A stretch of DNA of 64,000 bases from Vermamoeba vermiformis (Eukaryota). A model generated the notes under the pieces. The model worked only from the letters and a program-made list of their open reading frames with translations, was not told where the DNA came from and searched no databases. Below are positions 52,373-64,000 of this stretch, piece after piece. A program made the translations under genes and the position numbers. The stretch spans positions 186,001-250,000 of the forward strand of contig JBEWZL010000302.1 of NCBI GenBank assembly GCA_045837725.1, given 5' to 3'. Every line of letters begins with the position of its first letter. Positions within the stretch are counted from its first letter, which is position 1.

Positions 52373-55057
52373 TTAGTCATATTCTTCTCTGACGCTAGTC
52401 AAGTTGGTACTTGTGCGCGAGGATTGCCCAACAGAGTTACCGCGAGTCTTGCTTGACGTTCTGTCCCTCACATCTCTTCGTTCATGTGCCTTGAGTTCCA
52501 CGAGCCGTTCTCGCAACACCTGTTCACGCTTGGCGAGCCAATCGAGTTGTTCTTGCACGGCCTCGTAAGTATCAGGCACGTGCACTGATGGTTGAGGTGT
52601 TGTGCTCCAGTCACCCATGCCTCGTCGCTTCGTTGGGTCATTGGATCCAGTCACCACAAAGTATATCTTCGGTATGAGGAGTATACAAAGGGTGGCGGTG
52701 GTGCCCCAAAGAATAGCGATCGATCGAATGATGAAATCGATCGATCTGTCGGTGATGTCAATCACGAAAAGTACGAGCAGAATCAAAGCGGCAAATGTGA
52801 TGTTGTACATGGCAATCAGAATGAACTTGGACTCGTTGTACTCGCTGCGAATCTTGCGCGAACTGAAGCCAAGCACAATGCCCGCGAGTATCAACAGGCC
52901 CTTGTACACGATCAACACTATCGCGAATGGCAGGGACATGTCACTCGTGCACGTTCTGTAGTTCAGCACGGGTCTGTACTCGTCCACAACGATTGTCTCG
53001 ACTTGAGGCGTGAATGCAGCACTCCATATCGTCAAGACTACGACTTCTATGCCAATAGCCACGGCCATAATGCGCAGCAAGTACGCGTTGCTGAGCTTCA
53101 ACATCTTCAAGCTGCGGTCGTGAAAGATTCTCCAAACACGCCACGCCTTCGTCAACAGCGCACTGAACATGAGCACAAAGCCGACACCAATGAGCCAGTA
53201 GCGCAGATTGCACATGGCAGTCGTGGTCTCGAGGACCCAGAAGAACAGACTGGCGTACATCATGGCTGCACCAAAGATAATCAACTCGACGAATACGAGC
53301 GATGAAGCTATGATTTGTGGTCTATCGCGCCACGCAGCAAACAGTGCCATGAGTGCAATGCACAACAAGACACCGATGCCAGCAACAATGACGATGCCTT
53401 GTTCCGCGGGTGTTTCGTACCACCGGATCTGCTCTTGGCGTTCGTTCCATTGAGGCATCGGGTAGATTAAATCACTCGCAGAGGCGGCTATGGGCAGTAC
53501 TATAGCGTCATCATTGTTATTGTCGAATTGGACGGTAGATCCAAGACCAGTTTCGACGATCTGACCAAAAGTGTTGAACTGAAGCTGCCCATAGAAGGTA
53601 ACGACGTTGACTCTATTGATCATGAAGCGCATTGATTCCGTTTCCAATTCTCGTGCAGCTTCTGCGGCGAATTGAAGAGCTAATCCGCAAGTAAACTGGC
53701 AAGCAGCGTGGTAACTTGGCTTGTACCCGAATCTATTGACGAACGCGTTGTAAAAGAGTTGCGGACTTGCAACGGAATCCTAAGAGTTTAATTTTGTGAG
53801 TGAAATGCGATATAATCATATACGATAAAGAAGGAAATACGTGAATTCATTTCCTTTTTAAGGCAAAGTTAAATTTAGCATATGCTTCTAGATTCACGTT
53901 TTAGATCGATTTACCTTCATAGGGAAGTAATGTAAGGAGCTAGAACCATCTTCATGGTAAACTCTTCCAGTCAAGCGCCGATCCCAAAGTACCGGACCCA
54001 TTACATATCGTCCATTTTCATCTAAGACCTGTCTAAATGTATCTGGGCTAGCAGCGCATACTGACAATAGAAATGCGTTCGCGGTGTAGTTCATTTCTTT
54101 GGCTGCTTGAATAAACGCGAGACAACCAGCTTGTAAAGTCCCGCCAACGACCAAATCCGGTTTAGTTTGCATGAGTAACGAGATGATTCCCTTCAAATTA
54201 GTCATGGCAGTATCGTCAATTGTTGAGATGACAGGAACGGTCACATCAAGCACGACATCCATTCGGTTGTCTGCAGCACCTGACAGCGCGCCCTTTCTAA
54301 GTGCGGAGAAATACATCTCGTCAGCGCCAGTCTCCCGGAAAATTCCGACAGTGCGTGCGCCCTTCACTTTGGCTAGTGCCATGGCTGGAGGAAAGACAGT
54401 CGCGGCACTAGATTGAGTACCGACCAAGTATTCGAATCTGCGACCTTGATGAGAGGTACAGGGCTCATACATATTTTCGTCGCACTCGAAGATAGCAGGA
54501 CCAGCGGCTCCTAACAACATAATAATGAGTTGGTGCTAGATCTGAATCGTAATCAACAGATCGGAGCTAATTTTAGAGAGTGTGTGATGCGATTAAATAA
54601 TTACGGGTCTTATTCAGATAACTAGAGTGTCAATGCACACTAATAGATTTAAATCTCGCTTACCTGGTGCACAAGACAAAATTTGGTGCCGTTCCGCCGC
54701 GATCGCGTGTGCTTCTGTTAAAAAAGTCGTGTATGGACTGATCATTGCGTGCACTTCTCCATATGTTCCATTTGCTACCGCTTCTACCGCATTGATTGTC
54801 TTTTGAATCATTTCTGAACCCGTTGCAGCCCCGACATCTACGGAGATGAGCTCCAACGTGTGATAAGTTCCATTGATTAAAATTCCTCCTCGTGCATTCA
54901 CCATTTCTGTCCATAATATTTCGCCATCTCTCATAATTTTAGCCGGGCCGTACTTGGATGTTATTGGCTGAACTGACACGATCCGCATTACAGCCAGTAC
55001 CGACGCCAATTGCATAAGCAATACTGAGAGTGCCAGTAATGAGCCTTTTCGAGTCAT
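52373..55057 (-). CDS. Class C GPCR (GABA-B-like) with a type I periplasmic-binding (Venus flytrap/LivJ-like) ectodomain, 3 exons
   Basis: Signal peptide, VNARGGI, SPYT, TFYGQLQFN; 7TM with KAWRVWRIF, EYNESKFI, PKIY; coiled-coil tail. Confidence 0.88.
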
Positions 55058-55738
55058 TTTGGCGCCTAGTTAAAATATTGCAGTTATTTTTTTTGGCTTC
55101 CGATATTTGTTTGGCTTAAATGAGACTTACTTGGGCTTGGAGAAATGATAATAAATCAAGTATATTTCTATATCTTTATTAAATATAATTTACGTCCTAT
55201 TTGTCGTGTGGTCTACTTTTGAACGATTATTGAATAAGAATGTCTCATTCGAATGACAGGCGGAACTTCCGAACACTATTTTTAGCTGCAACTAATTTAC
55301 TTTGCATACCGAGATATCGAGAGTATCGTGCCGGTTTACGCAGTTTAAGGGCTTAGCTAAGCCCAGATCCAAAGAGGAGACTCAGTTCATGAATTTCGTT
55401 GTAATTTCAACGGTAAATTGCAAGCCGGGTATAAACGCTATCAACGCCTTGTACTATGGGCACGAGATCATATCTAAGTGTTTAAGCCGCATCGTAAATG
55501 CTTGGGATGACCTCGTTTCGATTGCAGTTTTCGAGTGCACTAAATATAGGTCTTTGCAAATATTTTTAGGCCCCAGATTAAATTATTACAACGACTTGGG
55601 AGGGTCAGCGTAGGTCAGCGAATGGCGGCTTGTAAAGCACTCATATTATGGTTAAGGCATGACGTCAAGTGCTTGGTACACGAGGGTATGATTTTCAGCT
55701 ATTAGTGCTGGGATTTATTAGTTTAGCGCTATATTTAA

Positions 55739-57154
55739 CTACCAGACTAGTGCTGAGACAAAGCACGCGATAGCGATCAGTGCAAAGTTAGCAACGAGTG
55801 CGAGACCGAGATTTTGAATGATCACATCCGCACAGCTGTAGTAGATCTCACCACCGCCAGCCTGTCGATATGAGAAATCAGTATATATATACATCATATA
55901 ATCACATTTCTTATAAGTTGTATAAATTGAATTTTGCTCCAAATTACTATTCTTGTCAGTATTCGCCTTTAAAAGTAATTTCTGTATTACTTAGTGCTAA
56001 TTATGCACGGTATATTGATCTGAATAACATAACAAAATAGGATATTTATAATATAATAATAACTGTAATAAGAGGATCTTAAATAATGGCTAATAAAGTA
56101 AAGGTCGGAATGACACGCGTGTCAAAAAACTCCAATTCAAAAATGAAGCCGAGAAGATCAATATCAAATATAAAGCGTATATCATATGACTACAATATAC
56201 GTCTGATTCGATTAGACAAACTTGTGACAAGCGGATCCAGATCCAAAAAAAATTGTACGGCGGGGAGGTATTATTTGGCGAGATATTTCGAGGAAAAAAA
56301 GCCGAAAATAATGTCGTTAAAGGACTTACAGTAGCGTCGAAAATGAGTTGCACTACACCGTGGCCAAGAGACAGATTTGGATCTACTTCTGCTTCAATGT
56401 CAAAGTAGACGCCATCAGCAGTAACATTCTGATTGATAGTAACAATATCAATCCATTCTGAGTCAATTGATGCGTCGCCTGAAGCCACGATCCGCAGCGA
56501 ATAAGTGTTGTTGGGGTTGAAATGGGCCAAGCGTTGGAAAATAGTAAATTTGTTCACTGTGTTGCGCTTAATGACGGGAAGATTTTCAGTGGCTGCTGGA
56601 GTGTCTATAATTAAGGAGAATAGGGAGTTAGTACGTCTCGATCCGAAATTTAGTTGTCAAACTCCGATCGGAAGTTGGTTGTTACGCACAGGGTAATTTG
56701 CAAGTAGCGAATAATAATGCAAATAATAGGGTAATATAGTATAATATTTTCAATTAACAAAGCGCAGAATCTTCGTTGGCTAGATTGGATCTGACCATGT
56801 CAACTTGGGTAAATAATTATATCCAGACATATTCAACAGTATTTATTTAATATTATTTTAATATTGTTTGCTATATCCAATTCTCAACCACTCAATTTTA
56901 TTCATGAAAATCAAGATTTTTTCCAAATTATTAATTCGCGTCGCCACCAGGTCAAAACGGTATATTATTGCTTAACAATAAGTATTATAGTATTATTAAT
57001 TACCTCCGCACGGAGCAGCAGTTAAACCACAGACAGCAAGGTCAGATTTGTCAGTGCAAGCTTCACCTCTGGGTGCAGGCACAGACAAGCCAGCATGAGC
57101 CCAGGTAGATACCACAATACAGCTAATAATAAATACAATAAATGCTGTCTTCAT
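55739..57154 (-). CDS. Secreted, probably GPI- or membrane-anchored histidine-brace (LPMO-like) copper protein, 3 exons
   Basis: Signal peptide ending STWA then His1 (HAGLSVPAPRG..PCGG), second His in LAHFNP, YYSCADV, hydrophobic C-terminus. Confidence 0.75.
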
Positions 57155-57260
57155 TGTGGTCGTTGGATTGAAATAACGAAAAATTATTGGTGCGAATTTT
57201 CTACGGCTGAATTTCAATTGAACAAAATTGATTGTTGTGTGGTCCTATTGAAAGCCACTA

Positions 57261-58959
57261 ATGGACTATTTTGCGCTATTAAGCGATGAGCTGATTGTAG
57301 AAGTATTCAAAAATTTGGACGCAAATGAGCTCGCGCGATCTGCTCTGATCAGCAGACGAATTTGCAAAATTGCTGATGACGATACATTATGGTAAGTATT
57401 TAAAAAAATGAACGCATATTTATGCGATAAATTCTTAATTTAAGGAACGTTTATTGAGGATCTCAGTTTTCAATTTAATTTTCTAACGTGTCTTTGAATA
57501 TAGGCGACAATTTTCTGCCGATGTCGTGGATACAAACGATCGATTTTATTATATGATTACTCAATATGCCCAGCAGAAAAAGCACAAACGATTATTCATA
57601 TTTTACTCTTTTTATTTGCAATATTTTCAGTAAGTACCGCATAACACTCGATCATGTTATTATGCTTAATTTAATTCAAATGCTTTACCGCTTAATCTTC
57701 ATAATCAATTAAGATCTACTTGACTGACGTGTCTCTTAGACAAAGTGAAGATAATCGACCCACAATAAGCAACAAATGGCTCAACTCACTCGTATCGTGG
57801 ATCACGTTAATTATAGCGCGGCTAGTCACTGCTCCATTAGGTACTGACATAACTACAAAATTATGCTTTTTTCAAATTGCAGCAGCAAGTAATAACGAAT
57901 AGTGATTAATTTCCTTATATGGTAATCAGAGACAGTGGGTGTTATTCAACAAACAGGCGTGGCACAAGTCGAGTCAGGCACCGTTAAGACTTTTCAATCG
58001 TTAATTGAACGTGAAGGATGGCTGGCGTTATTCAAGGGCGAGTCATTAGTGGCCTTAAGAACGGCTCATATCTTATTAACGCCTATACTAAGCTATATTG
58101 CCAATTTATTCAACTTTGGTACGTACACTAAGCACTTTTCAATATTAAAATAAAATTGATAAAATTTCGTACTGGATTAATACTCCTATTTTATTATAGA
58201 TACTTCAGTGCTCTCAGGCTTGCTAATGTTTCCAGTCAACCTTATACAAACGCGACTAGTCGTCCAACCGTTTGATAATAAGCGTTATTCCGGTTTTACG
58301 CATGCAGTCTACAAGATCGTTTCGAGCCAAGGTCTTAAAGGGCTATGGCGAGGCGTTTCATTTACTTTATCAGGTATAATAGCAAACATACTATATATAG
58401 TGCATATTATAACATGTCTTGCAGTACTGGTGCCTCTTACAGTCGTCAGCAATTTCTTATGGCGATTGATTAAGAAGAACTTGGCTAGCAATCAAATATT
58501 TTCATCAAGAATGGGTGCCGTAATGTTCTTGAATCTTCTCAAGCTGTATTTTGCCGTAAGTACTCTAGTTTACTTGATCTTTTATAATCAAATTGCGTTA
58601 CGCGATCCGATCTCGTTGTCTGGTGCATCTATGAGCTAACTATACCATCATAGTGCATAGCTTATCCTCAAGACACGCTTGTCAAGCAGTTTCAAACTGC
58701 TGCCTTCGATTTGCCGTCAAATTACTTTCAACCTCGGTGGAAATTGACCTCGTACGGCGATTTCTTCAAAAAACTGCTTTATCCGTTCAAAATTGACTTA
58801 TGGCGCGGAATATTACTACATATTATTCGTTCGATGGTGCAAGGTATTGTTATTCATCGTGTGTACGCGGTCTTTCCTTGGATCTTGCGTAAATGGAAAT
58901 CTTATCAGTTGCAACGCGAATTAAAGCAGTTCCTCGATAAAGGATACGCTGACTTGTAA
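57261..58959 (+). CDS. F-box - mitochondrial carrier (SLC25-like) fusion protein, multi-exon
   Basis: LLSDELIVEVFKNLDANELARSALISRRICKIADDDTLWR, then three carrier repeats (PLETV, FPVNLIQTRL..YSGFTHAVYKIVSSQGLKGLWRG, YPQDTL..LWRG). Confidence 0.75.
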
Positions 58960-59237
58960 TATAGATATGTATATATGACAATAATATTCATTTGTAAATA
59001 AAAAGGAGGATCAGTTCTGATTGCAAGAGCGGATGTGGTTTCATAAGTACGCACCATCGACAAATGCGATGCGCTCCGTAATACAATACACGTGCCACGA
59101 TAAGAGAGTATTTAGTGCCAATAGAACTACTTTGGTTGAATTCTCTTCGATTTCGATTTCTGGTGACATCAAAAAAAACTGACACTCCAAAATTTGAAAT
59201 CATATCTTTTATTCATTTTCAACTTGTATACTAGGCA

Positions 59238-61099
59238 ATGCTAAACAGTAAGTAGCAAGCACGTAATGAATGCTTTGAATGTGATTTGCAAACTATCCAA
59301 TGGATCGGTATCGATAGAAATGAATCATTAACGAGTTATTTTAGGAAAATTACTGGAGTGCCTGTTGATTATAGTAGCGATTATTTTGCAGCAAACAAAT
59401 GCAACTGTCACCGTACAAGTAGGCGAGGAAATTAAACAATTTAGAGCGGTGTTCGATCCCGTTTCGTCTATATGGCCATTTAATGCAACAGCTTACCTTG
59501 TTGTAATTCCTCCCGGAGAAGATTGTAATTTGCAAGGACGAGATCTGACGGGCAAAATAGTTTTAATCGGCAATTTTACTTGCGATGAAAAATATCTGCG
59601 AGTTCCAGCAATAGAAGCAACAGGCGCTATAGTAAGTATTATCTCAAAATGAGAATAATTATTAGAGGCTATTGAATCAATTTGGGGTAATTATCTGCGC
59701 CCAAAAATTTTCTAAAATTGCCACCACGATCCGATCTGACAGCACTACCGTTTAGGGCATTATCAAGAACTTATATCTGACTGAACCATATGAATGGGAT
59801 TACGCATTTGTTTCTGGCAATACTCTCGCCCAAAACAATTTAGCTTTCTTAGGAATCGATTATCGAGTACGTAGTCCTAATTGTGACTTGCCCGTGCAGC
59901 CTATTTATTTCAATTTAGGACGGAATAGTACTAGAGCAGCTATGGCAGTCTCAAAACTACTCTTTGCAAGTGAACATCCTTTCTGGTACGTACGAGTATC
60001 GATACTTTGACATTTTGACACTTTTGAAACGAGAGCTTAGCTACTTCATTACTCGGCTGTTAGTGTTTGAAGTTTAACTATTTTTCAGACGAACATCCAC
60101 TGCTACAAAAAGGCCAGTCGCCAGCGTCACTCTTCCTATTGATATTCGGCCTTATAATCGCTCTCGTTGCACTTGGATTCGTCTCGCGTCAATTGCACTT
60201 GTTCAAGGGTGGCGCGGTGATGACACGCATTGCTTTGTTGCTGCTACTCGTGTCGAACCTAGGTAAGTGCACGAGGATACATCTAACAGTCTGCACTTGC
60301 TGATGAACCTGTATATCAGCCATTATTACAGAACGAATATTACGACTAGTCTTCGTATTCACCGGCCACATCCAATTCTTCATCATTGTGAGCATTCTCA
60401 TCTTTGGTTTGATGTTCGTTGGATTTGCAGCCGTATTTATCGGTCTGTACTGGTCAACGCTCGTGTTTACTGTTCATGCGGACAGAATGCAAAGCAAACG
60501 AGTGTTTTTGCCCATTTTGATTGTTTTCTTGGTACGTACAGTAATGCGAACTTAATGCTTGCCAGTTGTTCTAACTTACTTTTTGCTAGTTACTTTTTGT
60601 GGCCTATACGACGTTTCTAATGGTAGATGGGCTATTTTGGATCGCTCGCTCAGTGTTTGAAGTCATTTTTATCGTGGTTCTCGGTGTAAGTTCCAAACGT
60701 GATCTAGTGACACTTCGTACTCACACTCCAATCCTTTATGTAGCTGGTTGCTTTATACTTCATAGGCATTGGATCGTTTTTAATTCACTCGCTCAAAAAG
60801 TACGGCAAAGCAGCAGTTAACAAAAGGAAGATTTCGCGCAGAGTAAGCCCAGTTCTTCGGGGGTATTAATCGAGTTCTCATTGTTCTTCTCATAGTTAAC
60901 AACGCTATTGATATTGAAAGGCATTAGTCTGCTCGCGTTGTTGGCAGTGACATTAGTGACAGCAGCTCCTGTCTACGGCACGCGAATTGATTATTTTTGG
61001 GGCATTCCTTCGCTCATGAACTTCTTTTGTGCGTGCTGTATTGTAACTTTAGCTGCTTTGTTCAAACGACCTGCGACGCCAAAGCCAAGTTCCGTGTAA
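59238..61099 (+). CDS. Multi-pass membrane protein with a PA-domain-like ectodomain (multi-exon)
   Basis: Signal peptide, DCNLQGRDLTGKIVLIGNFTC..ATGAIGII, then about 6-7 hydrophobic helices. Confidence 0.6.
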
Positions 61100-61511
61100 A
61101 TAAACTAACTGTAATTCCTTTTACTCGAAATTTCTTCAGGTGTCATGAGTAAAGGCTTCCATTCGGCGCCATGTTTTTCATCACGTATAAGATTGATAGT
61201 GAGCAGTTGCTTGAAAACCTTACAGGCCGGTACCTACTTTGCCTTCACAAAATATCCTCGGGAATGGTTCAAGTAGGGAAAAACTGGTGCTGTCGGAAGT
61301 GCCCAGATCTCGCCGAAAACAATCTGCATGGAGTGAACTTCAGATACATAACTGATAATATTGAGATTACTACTTAGATTTTTTTCCTTATCATATCACG
61401 TGTTTGCCCTGTAGAAGAACTTGTGTGAGGTGTCGTCTTTTTGTGCATTATTTTTTTTATTGAATAATCGAATACCATACGAGCACATTATTATGTTAGC
61501 ATTGAAACACT

Positions 61512-64000
61512 ATGCAGCCTAATCAATACAACAATCAATATGTGCAGTGGCACGGTCAGCCTCAAGGCACGACTTACAATCAAGCCACTAATACCTATTA
61601 TGTAACAAATAATAATCCTTATATGACGCAACAATTGCCCCAACAGCAATATGTGCAGCAACCATTGGTAAATAATCGAAAAATTAAATTGGCGAATTGG
61701 TTTATTTTTTTGCGAATTACGTCCATGTAATCTGAAATTCAATTTATTTAGAAATTAAAATACTAATGATTATAATATGCCGTGATATGAAGTAATTATT
61801 GATATTTGATTTCTTTTACAATTTTTGATATTTTTTTCTAAATTTAGATCTACCAGCAGCATTATCCTCAACAACAAATGCATTACAATACGATGCAACA
61901 ACCTATGAATACTGCGCAAATGCCATATCAAACGAATATGAATCAAATGTACACGCAGACTCCGACTCAGACACAGCAAATCCAGCCGCCTTACAATTCC
62001 TTAAATTCAAACGATCCTTATAACGTTATGTATCATCAACCAGGACTACAGCAATACGGAACAATGGGTACCAACTCACCTGCGCCTTCATCTCCCGCAC
62101 CTTCGACACCTAGCTCGGAACCAGATCCGGAAATTGAAAAATTAAAGAAAGAAATAGAAGACATTAAAAAGACTAGGCAACAGCGCAAGTTAGAAGAGCA
62201 TCTCAAGTACTTGTCGGTGCAAGAGACCAGCGCGCCACCGCCAGAATTGAAAGTAGAGCCGGTAGTGCGCGATACTCGAGCTCAATCCGTCTCTGCTGCT
62301 GGCTTACGAAGAACTCATACTGTAGCACCATCGGTAAATATATAGTATATTTCGAAGCGTTACTGGAATTTGAGACTAGATCTAATTATACTTTTCCTTG
62401 CAATTTCGTTTTATTTTTTATTAATTTTCAAATAATTAGGCCGATCCAGTTGTAGATGTACCTTTGAGGCGTTCAACGAGTGCTATTCCTTCAAGACCTA
62501 TTGTTCAAGATGCTGGACCTAAAATTAGCGAATGTACGTAATCGTTCAAGTATTTAGCAGTAGCTCGACGTAATTACATTAATATACGATTGTAGATCGG
62601 TCAGCTACTATGCCGCAGGAGGAGGATCAAATTTTCAATACTTCTGATCGCTCAAATATCATTTTGATTCGCAAGTTTGCCTACGATCCAAAAGAATTTG
62701 GTAAGCTGCAGCAACAGATCGATATTATACTTGTTCTATAATAAAACAATATTATAGCGCAAACACTAATTAATTTATTATTAGAGTCCACTATGGGCGG
62801 TTGCAATTTGACCGAGCAACAATTCTCTGATATTATGCAACGAGGCAACGTTATGACTTACGTCGCTAAGTAAGTGTAATATATAGGGCCATTATTATAA
62901 TATAATGCCCCAATTGTTTGGACTGAAATTAATCCGTCTTTTTTAATAGGGAAGGTACCGTCCACAAATATCACTTCTGTTTACATAAATCGGAAAAATT
63001 CTTGATGTACGGCAGTAGAAAAGGTGAGTTAATATGATATAGTCTCGAACAAGGCAACTAATGAAATTATTCCAATTACCAGTGGATCTGCGTCAAGTTT
63101 TGTCAATTCATCGCGGACAGATTACAGACACGTTTATCAATGCGCAGTCACTCGTATTTGATAAAGTGAACGTATCATTTTCTATTATTATGACGTACGT
63201 ATCGATATAACCTCACACATATGAAATCAAGAAATTTCCAAATTAGGAAGGCCAGTACACGATCCAATGTATGATTTCTTGTTCTATGACTAATGACCTA
63301 TTATTTATAGCGATATGACTGTGGATGTAGTCGCTGATTCACCACTACAATTTGAGCTCTGGACGCAAGGTCTCATCATGTTCATCAAACGCGCCAAGTC
63401 TTATTGGAACGCATCCACTACTCGGTAATTAGTCGTTGTTGTATATAAGTTTAGTATGTATGCTAATCATTTAATCAGATTATACGAGAAGCTATGGATT
63501 GAATTACAAAAAGAAAAAGTTCCGATGAAAGAAGTTTACGAGCTGTTGCCGCGCTTGTTCATCAATCCAAAATCAGTGGACTTTACGACTGCATTTAGTG
63601 TAAGATATACATAGCTCATTATATATACAGATATGTCTAACTTTTGTGATGTTTAGCAAGTGGATCAAGATGAGGATGGGCTGATCAACTCACTCGAGTT
63701 CTGCATGCTAATGACGAAATTACGTGCCAGACAAGAAATGTATCCTGTGTTTCAACGATACGCCAGCAACAAAATCACATTGACTGCCAAGGACTTTCAA
63801 AAATTCTTGCGCGTGGAGCAGAAAGTAAGTCACTACAGCAAAATTACCAGATTAGGAAATGGACCGGCGTATGTATTCTAATGTTGATATCGTGTTCAGG
63901 AAGTGACGCGCACATTAGACAATGTTGTGGCGTTGATTCAATCAATCAAATCTCGTCCTGAATTCATGCACGAGAAGAGATCGCGCGAACATCCGAATGA
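61512..64000 (+). CDS. Phospholipase C-like protein, 5' part (Q/P/Y-rich N-terminus, PH domain, EF hands); runs off the window
   Basis: PH-like IHRGQITDTF..FSII..VDVVA..ELWTQGL; EF hand DQDEDGLINSLEF; DFQKFLRVEQKE; catalytic X/Y domains not in window. Confidence 0.7.

Noticed and set aside
52592-53305. Long antisense or alternate-frame ORFs over the GPCR and DUF4246 genes (also 19550-20194, 14176-14664)
   Set aside because: Shadow ORFs expected opposite GC-richer coding sequence; no motifs

Overview
Gene-dense, AT-rich eukaryotic DNA with many short GT-AG introns (CTAAC/CTAAT/CTGAC-type branch points) read in the standard code. The GPCR and Cys-rich surface-protein repertoire suggests an amoeboid protist (inference). 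About 30 genes were assembled by hand from exons. Housekeeping genes are V-ATPase subunit A, RPS29, RRP17/NOL12, an RNPS1-like SR protein, a mitochondrial ABCB half-transporter, a dual-specificity phosphatase and the 5' part of a PLC-like gene. The window also holds GT14 and GT8 glycosyltransferases, two tandem DUF4246 2OG-Fe(II) oxygenase-like genes, three GPCRs and several Cys-rich surface proteins. Several features are absent from or only fragmentary in the ORF track: a 517-bp MITE with an 8-bp TSD, an intronic box C/D snoRNA, an IFI6/IFI27-like small gene and an ATG18/WIPI pseudogene. Best novelty candidates are an in-frame F-box-mitochondrial carrier fusion, a His-brace (LPMO-like) surface protein, and a class C GPCR whose ectodomain resembles a bacterial sugar-binding protein and which carries one in-frame TAA. 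Exon boundaries and family calls come from manual reading and motif recognition; no database search was run.
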